From Bacillota bacterium (GTDB taxonomy: Bacteria; Bacillota; Negativicutes; Sporomusales; CTSoil-080): DNA of 64,000 bases. Made by a program: the position numbers and the translations under genes. The notes beneath the pieces are model-generated. The model ran no database searches, was not told where the DNA came from, and saw nothing but the letters and a program-made list of their open reading frames with translations. The stretch covers positions 39,761 through 103,760 of the forward strand of contig JAGGAD010000002.1 of assembly GCA_017889625.1 (NCBI GenBank), read 5' to 3'. Numbering within the stretch: position 1 is the stretch's first letter; every line of letters begins with the position of its first letter. Shown in pieces: positions 37,294-48,020 of the stretch.

Positions 37294-39858
37294 ATGTATA
37301 AACCGGTAAAAGTTTGGCAGGTTTTTCCTGAACGACCGGAAGAAACGAGGTTAATCAGCCGGGAACTTGATATTTCACCGGTTGTAGCTCAGGTTATGGT
37401 CAATCGGGGAATCGTTGATGTAGAGGCCGCTAAGGCCTTTTTGTACGGTAGCGCCGAATTATTGGCATCGCCGTGGTTGTTATGTGGAATGGAAGAGTCC
37501 GTAAATCGGATACAATATGCTATTAGTGAACAGCAGAAAATTGTTGTTTATGGAGATTATGATGTTGATGGGATTACTTCCACAGCGCTTGTGTACCGTG
37601 TGCTGACACGGTTGGGGGCGATGGTGGAGTTTTATATTCCGGAACGTCAAAGTGAAGGTTATGGTCTTAATAAGGATGCACTTGAAAAATTATATAATGC
37701 CGGGGCTGGGCTTATTATTACGGTAGACTGTGGTATTAGTGGTGTTGATGAGGTAGCTACTATGGCTGGACGCCTGGATATTATTATTACTGACCATCAT
37801 CAGCCACCGCAAATTTTACCGTCAGCGGTAGCGATTATTAATCCTAAGTTGCCGGAGTGCAAGTATCCCGATAAGAACTTAGCCGGAGTTGGGGTGGCGT
37901 TTAAACTTTGTCAGGCGTTGTGGCAACGGTTCCATGATACCGATGCTTTATTTATGGATTACTTGGACTTAGTGGCAGTGGGAACTATTGCTGATATAGC
38001 TCCCGTTATTGGAGAAAACCGAGTGCTGGTGAAGCTTGGTCTGGAAAAATTGGCGGAATCACCGGTGCTAGGGTTGAAGACAATGGCTGAGGCTGCTAGT
38101 ATAGCGCTCCAAGATATTGATGCTGGTAAAATTGGTTTTGTTATTGGTCCGCGGCTCAATGCCGCCGGAAGAATAAGTCACGCTTCAAACGGAGTAGAGT
38201 TGTTAATCACCCAAGATATGGATGCCGCCAGGACGATAGCCGCTGAACTTGAAGAGGAAAATGTCTGTCGGCAAGCGATTGAAAAAGCAGTGCTGGCTGA
38301 GGCAGAAGAAAAACTGGCTAATATTGACATTGCGCAAGAAAAGGTTATTGTATTGGCTGGCGATAACTGGCATACTGGGGTTATTGGGATTGTGGCTTCA
38401 CGGCTGGTGGAAAAATATTATCGTCCGGTTATTATGATTGGTCTCCGGGATGGTATTGGTAAGGGTTCGTGCCGGAGTATTCCCGGCTTCGATATTTATC
38501 AGGCGTTAACGGAGTGTAGTGACGTTTTACTACAGTATGGCGGACATACCCTTGCTGCAGGACTTAGTGTGGTCGAAGCAGCTATTGATGCTTTGCGTCA
38601 GAAGCTTAATGCGCTTGCAACGTTATGGTTAACAGAAAAGGACTATCAGCCAGTAGTTAAAATTGACGCCAAAGTGGCGATGCGTGAGATTAATGCTGCG
38701 TTTATCGAGCAACTGAGTTGTTTAGCGCCACATGGCATGGGTAATCCCAGCCCGGTATTCAGCACCAACAGCGCAGCTGTGGTTGAAGCCCGCGCGATGG
38801 GGAAGGAAGGGCAGCATCTCAGGTTGAAGGTAAAACAAAAGAGCGATGTACTGGAGGCTGTGGCCTGGAATATGGGTCAGTTAGCACCTGAACTGAAAAA
38901 TGGGACGGCAGTTGAATTGGCCTTTTTCCCGGAGTATAACGAATGGCAGGGGCGGCGAAAGCTGCAGCTTAAAGCTCGTGATGTGGTGATAGATAAAGTG
39001 GTACCGGACCATTTGGATTTACTGGATTCACGCGATGTACGGAATAAACTGGAGTATTGCTTAAACTTGATGGCTGATGGACAAATGGTAGCAGTTGTTG
39101 TTGATAGTGCGCGGCAGGCGGCGAAGCTAGCTTATCAGTTAAAATTAATGGCTCCGGCTAAAAAACGGAAGATTGGGTATTATCATGAGAAAATGCCTGT
39201 TCGTCGTCAGGAAAGTATTAAACTGCGTTACGGCGAACTTGGTCTCGTGGTTGTTGCGGAGGAAACGTGGGATTTTAGCGGCGTAGCCGACTACTGTTTA
39301 TATAATCCCCCGATTTCACAGCGGAGTTTTGCGAAGTTTTGTGTTGGCGCATTGAAAAATTATCAGCTGCTTAAAGTGCATTTTTTGTTTAATGTCAATG
39401 ATCTTGAGCTTTTTCAGACCGAAATTGCCAAAGTAATTCCTGACCGCATGGCGGTAGGCTATGTGTACTTGTTCTTGAAAGAAGTCACAAAAAGCGGTAA
39501 GTCAATTCTTTGCTCGGATAACCAAATTGCAGCGAAACTTTGCCAAGCTGGGCGGTGCAGCATAACCAAAGACGGAGTAGCGGCTGCATTGAAAATATTA
39601 GAGGAGTTAAACCTTCTAGAAATAGACTATTTAGCGACAAAACGTAATTTTAGATTATTACCTGCACCTAAAGAAAAACTTGATCTTGAAACAGCATTAA
39701 CTTATCAGCGCGGCATGGTAATTCGCGCCAGTAAAAATAAATTTGCTAAAATACTGGCGACGAGGCCGGTTGTAGAGTTATGGCGGCAAGCTGTCGAATT
39801 TGAGGAAGCAGAGGAGATAACTGATGGAATGGGACAATTTAATTCGAAGTGTTTATGA
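37294..39858 (+). CDS. recJ: Single-stranded-DNA-specific exonuclease RecJ
   Basis: DHH motifs DYDVDGITS and TDHHQPP, plus the DHHA1 motif [11 protein letters not shown] at 37294 follows AGGTGA. An alternative GTG lies at 37285. Confidence 0.9.
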   Translation: MYKPVKVWQVFPERPEETRLISRELDISPVVAQVMVNRGIVDVEAAKAFLYGSAELLASPWLLCGMEESVNRIQYAISEQQKIVVYGDYDVDGITSTALVYRVLTRLGAMVEFYIPERQSEGYGLNKDALEKLYNAGAGLIITVDCGISGVDEVATMAGRLDIIITDHHQPPQILPSAVAIINPKLPECKYPDKNLAGVGVAFKLCQALWQRFHDTDALFMDYLDLVAVGTIADIAPVIGENRVLVKLGLEKLAESPVLGLKTMAEAASIALQDIDAGKIGFVIGPRLNAAGRISHASNGVELLITQDMDAARTIAAELEEENVCRQAIEKAVLAEAEEKLANIDIAQEKVIVLAGDNWHTGVIGIVASRLVEKYYRPVIMIGLRDGIGKGSCRSIPGFDIYQALTECSDVLLQYGGHTLAAGLSVVEAAIDALRQKLNALATLWLTEKDYQPVVKIDAKVAMREINAAFIEQLSCLAPHGMGNPSPVFSTNSAAVVEARAMGKEGQHLRLKVKQKSDVLEAVAWNMGQLAPELKNGTAVELAFFPEYNEWQGRRKLQLKARDVVIDKVVPDHLDLLDSRDVRNKLEYCLNLMADGQMVAVVVDSARQAAKLAYQLKLMAPAKKRKIGYYHEKMPVRRQESIKLRYGELGLVVVAEETWDFSGVADYCLYNPPISQRSFAKFCVGALKNYQLLKVHFLFNVNDLELFQTEIAKVIPDRMAVGYVYLFLKEVTKSGKSILCSDNQIAAKLCQAGRCSITKDGVAAALKILEELNLLEIDYLATKRNFRLLPAPKEKLDLETALTYQRGMVIRASKNKFAKILATRPVVELWRQAVEFEEAEEITDGMGQFNSKCL

Positions 39859-40336
39859 TTTTCCGAAAAAGGGAATTCAATTTAGAGATATTACGACATT
39901 GTTAAAGAACGGCCCAGCTTTGCGGGAAGCTATTGATACGTTGGTTGATATTTATAAAGACGAAAGGATTGACTTGGTTGTTGGCCCGGAAGCACGTGGA
40001 TTTTTAGTTGGCGCACCGGTTGCTTACGCCCTTGGTAGTGGATTTGCTCCGGTGCGTAAACCAGGCAAGCTGCCGGCGGAAAAGCTTAGTTATGAATATA
40101 GTCTTGAATATGGTACTGATAAGCTGGAAATGCATCTTGATGCCATTGCTCCGGGACAACGGGTACTAGTAGCTGATGATCTTTTAGCTACCGGAGGAAC
40201 GACTAAGGCCGTTATTGAAATGATCGAGAAATTGGGCGGTAAAGTGGTCGGTACGGCCTTTTTGATTGAACTGAGTGAGCTTAAAGGTCGGGAACTAATT
40301 GGTGATTATCCGGTATATTCATTGATAGTGTATTAA
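39824..40336 (+). CDS. apt: Adenine phosphoribosyltransferase
   Basis: PRPP-binding motif [13 protein letters not shown] and the N-terminal [12 protein letters not shown]. Confidence 0.95.
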   Translation: MEWDNLIRSVYDFPKKGIQFRDITTLLKNGPALREAIDTLVDIYKDERIDLVVGPEARGFLVGAPVAYALGSGFAPVRKPGKLPAEKLSYEYSLEYGTDKLEMHLDAIAPGQRVLVADDLLATGGTTKAVIEMIEKLGGKVVGTAFLIELSELKGRELIGDYPVYSLIVY

Positions 40337-40379
40337 ATTATCGATAGATAGCAGCCTCGAGTGGGGGTTAATACTTAAT

Positions 40380-42587
40380 ATGGCAATACATGAAAAGTTT
40401 ATAGAACTTATCAATCAAGTGAAAGTTGGTCAGCCAGATATTTCTGTGGCAATAATTGAAAAAGCCTATCAATATGCTAATGATGCCCATGGTGAACAAC
40501 TACGGGCATCTGGGGAAAAGTATATATCGCATCCATTGGCGGTGGCGAAGATTTTGGCTGACCTGCAACTGGATGTTGCTACAATTGCAGCGGCTTTTTT
40601 GCATGATGTGGTCGAGGATACAAAAATAACCGTTGAAGAAGTGGAAAAAGAGTTTGGTAAAGAAGTTGCAGGACTTGTTGACGGGGTCACCAAATTAAAT
40701 CGTATGGAATATAAATCCAAAGAAGAACAGCAATTGGAAAACTACCGAAAAATGTTTTTGGCGATGGCTAAAGATATTCGGGTGGTGCTTATTAAATTGG
40801 CTGACCGGCTTCATAATATGCGGACATTGAAGTTTATGACGCCGGAAAAGCAGAAAACTATTGCTAAGGAAACTTTGGAGATATATGCCCCCTTGGGGCA
40901 TCGCCTCGGTATTTATAGTATTAAGTGGGAACTCGAAGATTTATCGTTTCGTTATTTAGAACCTGAGGCTTATTATAGTCTGGTAGAAAAAGTGCAGGAG
41001 AAACGCCTTGAACGTGAAGCCCTGATTGAAGAGGCTATTAAGATTTTGCGGGAACGGCTGACGGCGGTAGGCATCAAGGGTGAAATTCAGGGGCGACCGA
41101 AAAATTTCTATAGTATCTACAAGAAGATGGTAAAAGATGATAAAGATATTGGCGAGATTTACGACTTGTCAGCTGTCCGGGTTATTGTTGATACAGTAAA
41201 GGATTGTTATGGGGCTCTAGGAATAGTACATACGCTGTGGAAGCCAATGCCGCTCCGGTTTAAAGATTTTATTGCGATGCCTAAATCTAATATGTATCAA
41301 TCGCTGCATACTACAGTAATCGGTCCGAATGGTCGTCCACTCGAAATCCAAATTAGAACGTGGGATATGCACCGGATTTCAGAATATGGTATCGCCGCTC
41401 ATTGGAAGTACAAAGAAGGTAGTTTTGGTAAGGGCGGCGACAAGAATTATGATGAAAAACTTTCATGGCTGAGACAGCTTTTGGAGTGGCAGCAGGATTT
41501 GCGGGATCCGCGGTCGTTCATGGAGACACTCCGGTTAGACGTGTTAACCGATGAAGTGTTTGTGTTTACTCCTAAAGGTGATGTTGTCGATTTACCAGCC
41601 GGCTCGGTTCCGCTTGATTTCGCGTATCGGATTCATACTGATGTAGGGCATCGTTGTGTGGGAGCTAAGGTCAATGGTAAAATAGTGCCGTTGGAATATA
41701 AGCTTAGTAATGGCGATATTGTAGAAGTAATCACCACGAAACAGGGCAATGGTCCAAGCCGGGACTGGATTAATATTGTGGCTTCTTCGGATACCAAGAA
41801 TAAAATCCGGGCCTGGTTTAAAAAAGAAAAGCGGGAAGAGAATATCGCTAAAGGTCGCGATATGATTGAAAAAGAAATTAAGCGGTTAGGTTACGACTGG
41901 CGTGAAATTTTAAAGGGCGACCGTTTGCTGGAAATAGGCAAGAAACTTAATATTACTACTGAAGATGATCTTTTGGCGGCTATTGGTTATGGCGGCGTAA
42001 CTATGCATGGTGTAATGACTAAGCTGATCGAGGCGTATAAACGTGAACAGCGTGCTGCAAGCCCTAAAGATTTACAATCTGTTTTAAGTGGTCTTAAAAC
42101 TAAGCGTGTTATCAGTAAAACCAGCCATGGAATATTAGTTAAAGGTGAGTCTGGGGTAATGGTTAGGTTGGCCCGCTGTTGTAATCCGGTGCCTGGCGAT
42201 ATTATTATTGGCTATATTACCCGCGGACGGGGAGTGTCGGTGCATCGGATTGATTGCACTAATGTCCTCAATAATCGCGAGGAATATGAACGGATTATTG
42301 AAGTAGACTGGGATATTGGATTAGGCAACGTATATAATGTGCCGATTGAAATTAGTTGTCTGGACCGGGCTGGGGTGCTTTCGGAAATTTTGATGGTGGC
42401 CTCCGAGACTAAAAATAATGTAAGTTCGGTAAACGCTACTACTTCTAAAAATAAAATGGCAAGTATTAGTCTTATTATTGAAGTAACTAATTTGACTCAA
42501 TTGGAACAAATCATGTCCAAAATGCGTAAAGTAAAAGATGTGTACCATGTTCGGCGAACTTCACCATTGACCGGAGGTGAAAACTGA
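40380..42587 (+). CDS. relA: Bifunctional (p)ppGpp synthetase/hydrolase RelA/SpoT
   Basis: HD domain (HPLAVA..HDVVEDT), synthetase domain (YRSLHTTV-like [10 protein letters not shown]), and TGS and ACT C-terminal domains. Confidence 0.95.
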   Translation: MAIHEKFIELINQVKVGQPDISVAIIEKAYQYANDAHGEQLRASGEKYISHPLAVAKILADLQLDVATIAAAFLHDVVEDTKITVEEVEKEFGKEVAGLVDGVTKLNRMEYKSKEEQQLENYRKMFLAMAKDIRVVLIKLADRLHNMRTLKFMTPEKQKTIAKETLEIYAPLGHRLGIYSIKWELEDLSFRYLEPEAYYSLVEKVQEKRLEREALIEEAIKILRERLTAVGIKGEIQGRPKNFYSIYKKMVKDDKDIGEIYDLSAVRVIVDTVKDCYGALGIVHTLWKPMPLRFKDFIAMPKSNMYQSLHTTVIGPNGRPLEIQIRTWDMHRISEYGIAAHWKYKEGSFGKGGDKNYDEKLSWLRQLLEWQQDLRDPRSFMETLRLDVLTDEVFVFTPKGDVVDLPAGSVPLDFAYRIHTDVGHRCVGAKVNGKIVPLEYKLSNGDIVEVITTKQGNGPSRDWINIVASSDTKNKIRAWFKKEKREENIAKGRDMIEKEIKRLGYDWREILKGDRLLEIGKKLNITTEDDLLAAIGYGGVTMHGVMTKLIEAYKREQRAASPKDLQSVLSGLKTKRVISKTSHGILVKGESGVMVRLARCCNPVPGDIIIGYITRGRGVSVHRIDCTNVLNNREEYERIIEVDWDIGLGNVYNVPIEISCLDRAGVLSEILMVASETKNNVSSVNATTSKNKMASISLIIEVTNLTQLEQIMSKMRKVKDVYHVRRTSPLTGGEN

Positions 42588-43036
42588 TGCGTGCGGTGGT
42601 TCAAAGAACCAGCTCCGCCTCAGTTATGGTTGATAATGAGATAATTGCTGACGTTGGCGTTGGGTTGACCGTGCTTTTAGGTGTTGGGCAAGAAGATAAT
42701 GAGCAAGATGCTAAATATTTGATGGAAAAAATTGTGAATTTACGCATTTTTCCCGATGCCGAGGGTAAAATGAATTTATCACTGCGGGATATTAACGGTG
42801 AAATGCTTGTGGTATCGCAGTTTACGCTTTACGGTGATTGCCGCAAGGGACGGCGGCCCAGCTTTTCCAGTGCCGGAGAACCTGGGGTGGCTGTCCGGTT
42901 GTATGAATTATTTGTTACATACTGCAAGGAACAGGGGATAAAGACAGCTACAGGGAAATTCCAGGCTGATATGGCTGTAAGTTTAATTAATGATGGTCCT
43001 GTGACCATGTTATTAGATAGCAAACGAGAATTTTAG
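42587..43036 (+). CDS. dtd: D-aminoacyl-tRNA deacylase
   Basis: Contains [15 protein letters not shown] and NDGPVT. The start overlaps the relA stop. Confidence 0.95.
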   Translation: MRAVVQRTSSASVMVDNEIIADVGVGLTVLLGVGQEDNEQDAKYLMEKIVNLRIFPDAEGKMNLSLRDINGEMLVVSQFTLYGDCRKGRRPSFSSAGEPGVAVRLYELFVTYCKEQGIKTATGKFQADMAVSLINDGPVTMLLDSKREF

Positions 43037-43047
43037 GAGATGATAGT

Positions 43048-43671
43048 GTGAAGATTATTGATCTAGAAGTAGGGTTTATTGGAACTAATTGTTATATTAT
43101 CTTTGATGAAGATTCTAAAGAAGCGGCAGTTATTGATCCTGGTGGCAGTGTTGCTGATATTTTGGCAGTTATAAACAGCGAAAAGCTTAATGTAAAGTAT
43201 ATTATCAATACCCATGGTCATGCGGATCATATTACCGCTAACTCCCCCGTTAAAGAAGCGACCGGGGCATTAATTCTAATCCATAAAGATGATGCGGATA
43301 TGCTTATAAATCCTAAAAGCAATCTGTCGGCGATGATGGGCGGTACTGGCGTTAAAGGTGGGCCAGCTGATCATGTTCTTAACGACGGTGATGTAATAAA
43401 AATTGGAACTGAAAATTTTACAGTTCTTCATACGCCTGGACACACTCCGGGCGGAATTTGCCTGCTTTCAGGTGATATATTATTCAGTGGGGATACACTG
43501 TTTGCGATGTCAGTAGGACGCAGTGATTTCCCCGGAGGGTCACATGATCAACTTATTACTAGCATTCAAGAGAAACTGATGCCGCTTGATGACAGTGTAA
43601 AAGTGTTCCCTGGTCATGGCGCGGCTACAACGATTGGTGATGAACGTAAGCTGAATCCTTTTATTGCATAA
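43048..43671 (+). CDS. MBL-fold metallo-hydrolase (glyoxalase II-like)
   Basis: The THGHADH metal-binding motif is present. GTG start follows AGGAGA. Confidence 0.85.
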   Translation: MKIIDLEVGFIGTNCYIIFDEDSKEAAVIDPGGSVADILAVINSEKLNVKYIINTHGHADHITANSPVKEATGALILIHKDDADMLINPKSNLSAMMGGTGVKGGPADHVLNDGDVIKIGTENFTVLHTPGHTPGGICLLSGDILFSGDTLFAMSVGRSDFPGGSHDQLITSIQEKLMPLDDSVKVFPGHGAATTIGDERKLNPFIA

Positions 43672-43731
43672 AACATAAATCTGGGGTAAATGGGTGATAG
43701 TTGTAGGTATTTGCCATGTAGGAGTGATAAA

Positions 43732-44763
43732 GTGGCTAAGTGGATTGGGTGGTTAAGAGTTGCTATTACTATTGGCGGCTTGTATTTGCTTAGCCAAATG
43801 ACATCAGCTTATCTACCGATTATTCTGGCCGTAGTGGCCGCATTTATTTTAAATCCGTTGGTAAATAGGCTTACTGGCACGCGGCTTTGGCCCTCAACGG
43901 TTACGTTGAGTAGAGGTATGGCAGCTTTTGTTGCGATTATCGTTGGGGCAGTAGTTGTGGTGATGATTGTAATATTAGTTTTCACACCATTTGTCAGTGA
44001 ATTTGGTTCATTTATTAGTAGTTTACCGGAGCTTGCCAATAAACTTCAGACCTTTGCCGGGGTACTAGAACTAAGGGCTAATGCGGTTGATATTCCGGCT
44101 AATCTTCGGAGCCTAATCGACCAAGGTGTGGCCGCAGTTGGCACGTATCTTGGTGCTGTTGCGAAAACGGCGCTTAACTTAACCATTGGTCTGGCGACTA
44201 GAATCATTGAATTAGTAGTAGTACCAGTATTGACGTTTTATTTTCTTCGTGACTGGCGTGAACTTAGAGATTGTGTGCTGGCGGCTTTGCCGCCGGTTAG
44301 CCGCGTAACGGGAAAACAGATCGTTGAAGAAATGTCGTTAGTGGTGAGTGGGTATATTCGTGGACAGGTAACGCTGAGCCTTATTATTGGCGGGTTGGTC
44401 TTTAGCGGTATGTATTTCCTTAACGTCGAATATCCCTTAGTACTGGGGCTTTTATCAACAATAACGGAGACAATTCCAATTATTGGGCCGATTATTGGGG
44501 CTGCTCCGGCGGTTATTTTGGCCTATCTCGCATCGCCGGCCTTAGCTGTAAAAGTAGTTATATTTTATTTGGTGATTCATCAGTTGGAGAATCATATTTT
44601 GGTTCCAAATGTCATGGGGCACACAATAGATCTTCATCCGGTTACTGTTATCATCAGTCTCTTGGTTAGTGGAGAGCTTTTCGGAATGGCCGGAATGATT
44701 CTGGCAGTGCCGGTAGTGGCGCTTTTAAAAGTTATATTTAAACATATTTGGTTTCACGATTGA
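43732..44763 (+). CDS. AI-2E family transporter (PerM/YrrI-like), copy 1
   Basis: It has 7-8 TM segments, and ETIPIIGPIIGAAPAVILA is typical of the AI-2E family. GTG at 43732 follows AGGAGTGA. An alternative ATG lies at 43690. Confidence 0.85.
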   Translation: MAKWIGWLRVAITIGGLYLLSQMTSAYLPIILAVVAAFILNPLVNRLTGTRLWPSTVTLSRGMAAFVAIIVGAVVVVMIVILVFTPFVSEFGSFISSLPELANKLQTFAGVLELRANAVDIPANLRSLIDQGVAAVGTYLGAVAKTALNLTIGLATRIIELVVVPVLTFYFLRDWRELRDCVLAALPPVSRVTGKQIVEEMSLVVSGYIRGQVTLSLIIGGLVFSGMYFLNVEYPLVLGLLSTITETIPIIGPIIGAAPAVILAYLASPALAVKVVIFYLVIHQLENHILVPNVMGHTIDLHPVTVIISLLVSGELFGMAGMILAVPVVALLKVIFKHIWFHD

Positions 44764-44783
44764 CACGAGAGTGGGTGACGCAA

Positions 44784-45233
44784 ATGACCATGAATATGAA
44801 TGACTTGAGGAATATGTTTAGGGAACGGCAATACAAGATGACCTCTCAGCGGCAGACTATCTTGCAAGCGTTTATTGATAATCCGGCGCAGCATTTAAGT
44901 GCTGAAGATATCTATGGTATCGTGCGCAAAGAATCTTCGGAACTTGGCTTGGCAACGGTATACCGGACGCTGGAATTATTGAGCGAATTAGAAGTACTGC
45001 AAAAAATTGATTTTGGCGATGGGCGGCATCGTTATGAAATAAATGAAACCAGCAGTTTGCATCACCACCATCACCTTATTTGCGTGTTATGCGGCAAAGT
45101 TAAGGAATTCGAAGATGACTTATTAGAAACGCTGGAAAACGCAGTGGCTTTAAAAAGCAATTTTAAAATTATCGACCATCAACTAAAATTCTATGGCTAT
45201 TGCAGTGAGTGTCGCGATAAAGTTGAAAGTTAG
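44784..45233 (+). CDS. Fur family transcriptional regulator (Fur/PerR/Zur not resolved)
   Basis: Contains the winged helix LATVYRTLELL, plus HHHHHLICVLCGKVKEF and the Cys pairs CSEC. Confidence 0.85.
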   Translation: MTMNMNDLRNMFRERQYKMTSQRQTILQAFIDNPAQHLSAEDIYGIVRKESSELGLATVYRTLELLSELEVLQKIDFGDGRHRYEINETSSLHHHHHLICVLCGKVKEFEDDLLETLENAVALKSNFKIIDHQLKFYGYCSECRDKVES

Positions 45234-46728
45234 AGGCTATGTTGCCGCCAAAGATGATTTTAGTTTAGCGACTGTTGATATGATGGCCTTGTTTGAAGTA
45301 CCGGAGATTGAAGCATTAGCTACAAGCATTCCCGCTAATACGATTAAAATTGAGAGTACGGTTATCGACGGTAATACTCCGGCGGTCCGGACAGTGCTTA
45401 AATATGCTGACGATCAAGAAAAAGTCCGAGTTTTAGAAGAGGTTAGTAAGCCAGCCGGAAGTGGTGAACGTTATCAAACTGCTGTCAGGCGCCTGATACG
45501 GCTTAATATTTTTAAATTGATGTACCAAATAACTGGATATACCCCCGGACCATGGGGAATTATGCGGGGCGTTCGTCCGACTAAGCTAGTTCACCGGTTG
45601 CTGGATGAAGGTTTAGACAGTTCACAAGTAATTGGCCAACTGAGTGCTGATTATGCGGTATCGCAGGAAAAGGCCCGGCTGTTAACCGATATTGCGCTCC
45701 GCCAGCGCCCGTTTTTACTTTCGCCGGAGGATAAACGGCGAGTTAGTCTATATATAGGCATTCCTTATTGTTTGTCGCGATGTCTGTATTGTTCTTTCCC
45801 ATCGGCAGTTATCCCGGACAATCGGCAAGATGTTGTGAACTTGCTGGCGGCGCTGGAAACAGATATTTTGGCTGCGGCTGCGGTTATTGAAAAATACGAC
45901 TTGATAGTAGATTCGCTCTATATTGGCGGTGGTACGCCGACCAGCTTAAATGAAGAAGATTTTGGGACAATCCTTAATTTGGTTAAAAGTAAGCTTGTAA
46001 TGGCAGCTACCAGAGAATTTACGGTAGAGGCTGGAAGACCGGATAGTACAAATGAAGCTAAAATTCTTGCGATGTACCAGGCGGGTGTGACAAGAATTAG
46101 CGTTAATCCGCAGACTATGCAGGAAAAAACTCTAAAACTTATTGGACGAAACCATAATGTCCGCGATATAATAAGCATGTTCCAGAAAATCCGTCAAATT
46201 GGTATAGCTATTATAAATATGGACATAATTATCGGCTTGCCCGGTGAAAACGAGGCCGATTTAAAAGATACGCTGGAACAAATTGCCGCTTTGGCACCGG
46301 ATAATCTGACTGTACATACTTTAGCTTTGAAACGTGGCTCAAGGTTAATGGAATCGGCGGTAGGGCTGTCGTTATCCCAAAAGGGTTTAGCCAGTAAGCA
46401 GTTGGTTATTGCCGACCACTATGCCGCAAAAATGGGCATGGTTCCTTATTATCTATATCGCCAAAAAAATATGGCTGGCAATTTGGAAAATGTCGGATAT
46501 ACTTTACCTGGAAAGGAATGCTTGTACAACATTCAGATCATCGATGAGCGCCAGACAATAATCGGTATTGGTCCGACAGCAGCGACCAAGGCTATTGTTC
46601 CTGGTGATCATAAATTATCAAGTTCATACAACCCCAAGGACATTCGCTCGTATATTAACAATTTAAATACCCATTTACAGCGGCGCGAAGCGCTCTTGGC
46701 AAACTTGTTTAAGGCTAAGGAGGAATAA
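45193..46728 (+). CDS. hemZ: Radical SAM coproporphyrinogen dehydrogenase HemZ-like
   Basis: Contains the radical SAM motif CLSRCLYCSF. The size (~510 aa) and the N-terminal IKLKVRGY... fit HemZ. The start is uncertain (ATG 45193 or GTG 45205), and both overlap the fur-family gene. Confidence 0.75.
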   Translation: MAIAVSVAIKLKVRGYVAAKDDFSLATVDMMALFEVPEIEALATSIPANTIKIESTVIDGNTPAVRTVLKYADDQEKVRVLEEVSKPAGSGERYQTAVRRLIRLNIFKLMYQITGYTPGPWGIMRGVRPTKLVHRLLDEGLDSSQVIGQLSADYAVSQEKARLLTDIALRQRPFLLSPEDKRRVSLYIGIPYCLSRCLYCSFPSAVIPDNRQDVVNLLAALETDILAAAAVIEKYDLIVDSLYIGGGTPTSLNEEDFGTILNLVKSKLVMAATREFTVEAGRPDSTNEAKILAMYQAGVTRISVNPQTMQEKTLKLIGRNHNVRDIISMFQKIRQIGIAIINMDIIIGLPGENEADLKDTLEQIAALAPDNLTVHTLALKRGSRLMESAVGLSLSQKGLASKQLVIADHYAAKMGMVPYYLYRQKNMAGNLENVGYTLPGKECLYNIQIIDERQTIIGIGPTAATKAIVPGDHKLSSSYNPKDIRSYINNLNTHLQRREALLANLFKAKEE

Positions 46729-46730
46729 TC

Positions 46731-48020
46731 ATGGAAATTGGCGCTCCGCGTGGGACTAAAGATATATTGCCTGATAGTTCGCGGTATTGGCGATATATTG
46801 AACAAACAGTACAAAAGCTTTGCCGTGCTTATGCTTACCAAGAAATTCGCACTCCGATTTTTGAGCACACCGAACTTTTTTTGCGTGGTATCGGCGAAAC
46901 CACTGATATTGTATCAAAAGAAATGTATACCTTTAATGATCGTGGCGGACGCAGTGTTACCCTAAGACCGGAAAATACGGCATCGGCAGTACGGGCCTAT
47001 CTTGAGAACAAGCTATATAGCAATCCTCAGCCGACCAAACTTTTCTATATTGGTCCAATGTTTCGTTATGACCGCCCGCAGGCAGGCCGATTACGGCAAT
47101 TTCATCAATTTGGGGTCGAAGCCATTGGGGCCAAAGGCCCGGCTATTGATGCTGAAATAATTCTTTTAGCTCAGCAGTTTTTGCAAAGTCTGGGGTTAAC
47201 CGACTTAAAATTGTACATAAATTCGGTAGGCTGTCCGAAATGCCGTCCTGTTTATCGTACCCGCTTGCAAGAAGCCTTAAAGGATAAATTGCCAGAACTG
47301 TGCGGGGACTGTAAATCAAGGTTTGATCGTAATCCGATGCGGATTCTGGACTGCAAAAACGGTAAATGTAAAGAACTTTCGCAAGATGTACCGGAATTAA
47401 AGGATTGTCTGTGCGAAGAATGTTCCACCCATCTTACTGAATTGCAGGCGTTGTTAACTGCCGCCGGGGTTGCTTATGAAATTAACCCACGTCTGGTGCG
47501 CGGCTTGGATTATTACACCAAGACAGCTTTTGAAATTCAGTACACACCGCTAGGTGCCCAAAGCGCAGTTTGTGGCGGCGGTCGTTACGATGGGCTGATT
47601 GAGGAAATAGGCGGGGATTCAACTCCAGGTATTGGCTTTGCTATTGGTCTGGAGCGGGTTATTTTGGCATTAGAAAAACAAAACCTTCTGCCGGATATCC
47701 AGCAGAAAATGGATGTTTTCGTTGCCTTGGCGGATAAAATTTATCAACCGCTGGCCTTCAAACTTATTACTGAAATGCGCCAAGCGAAGATTGCCTGTGA
47801 TATGGATTATCTTGACCGTAGTCTAAAGGCTCAATTTAAACAAGCTAATCGCTGTCAGGCCAGATTTGTAGCAGTCATTGGTGAAGAGGAAGCTTTACAG
47901 AATAAGGTTATGGTAAAAGATATGCAAACTGGTGAGCAGCTATTAATGCCTGCTGAAGAATTAATAGAGAAGATTAAAACGGAGATGGAGGACGATGGTT
48001 TAAGATGGACTCAATGCTAG
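46731..48020 (+). CDS. hisS: Histidine--tRNA ligase
   Basis: Contains RGTKDILP, FRYDRPQAGRLRQFHQFG and GGGRYDGL. RBS is AAGGAGGA. Confidence 0.97.
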   Translation: MEIGAPRGTKDILPDSSRYWRYIEQTVQKLCRAYAYQEIRTPIFEHTELFLRGIGETTDIVSKEMYTFNDRGGRSVTLRPENTASAVRAYLENKLYSNPQPTKLFYIGPMFRYDRPQAGRLRQFHQFGVEAIGAKGPAIDAEIILLAQQFLQSLGLTDLKLYINSVGCPKCRPVYRTRLQEALKDKLPELCGDCKSRFDRNPMRILDCKNGKCKELSQDVPELKDCLCEECSTHLTELQALLTAAGVAYEINPRLVRGLDYYTKTAFEIQYTPLGAQSAVCGGGRYDGLIEEIGGDSTPGIGFAIGLERVILALEKQNLLPDIQQKMDVFVALADKIYQPLAFKLITEMRQAKIACDMDYLDRSLKAQFKQANRCQARFVAVIGEEEALQNKVMVKDMQTGEQLLMPAEELIEKIKTEMEDDGLRWTQC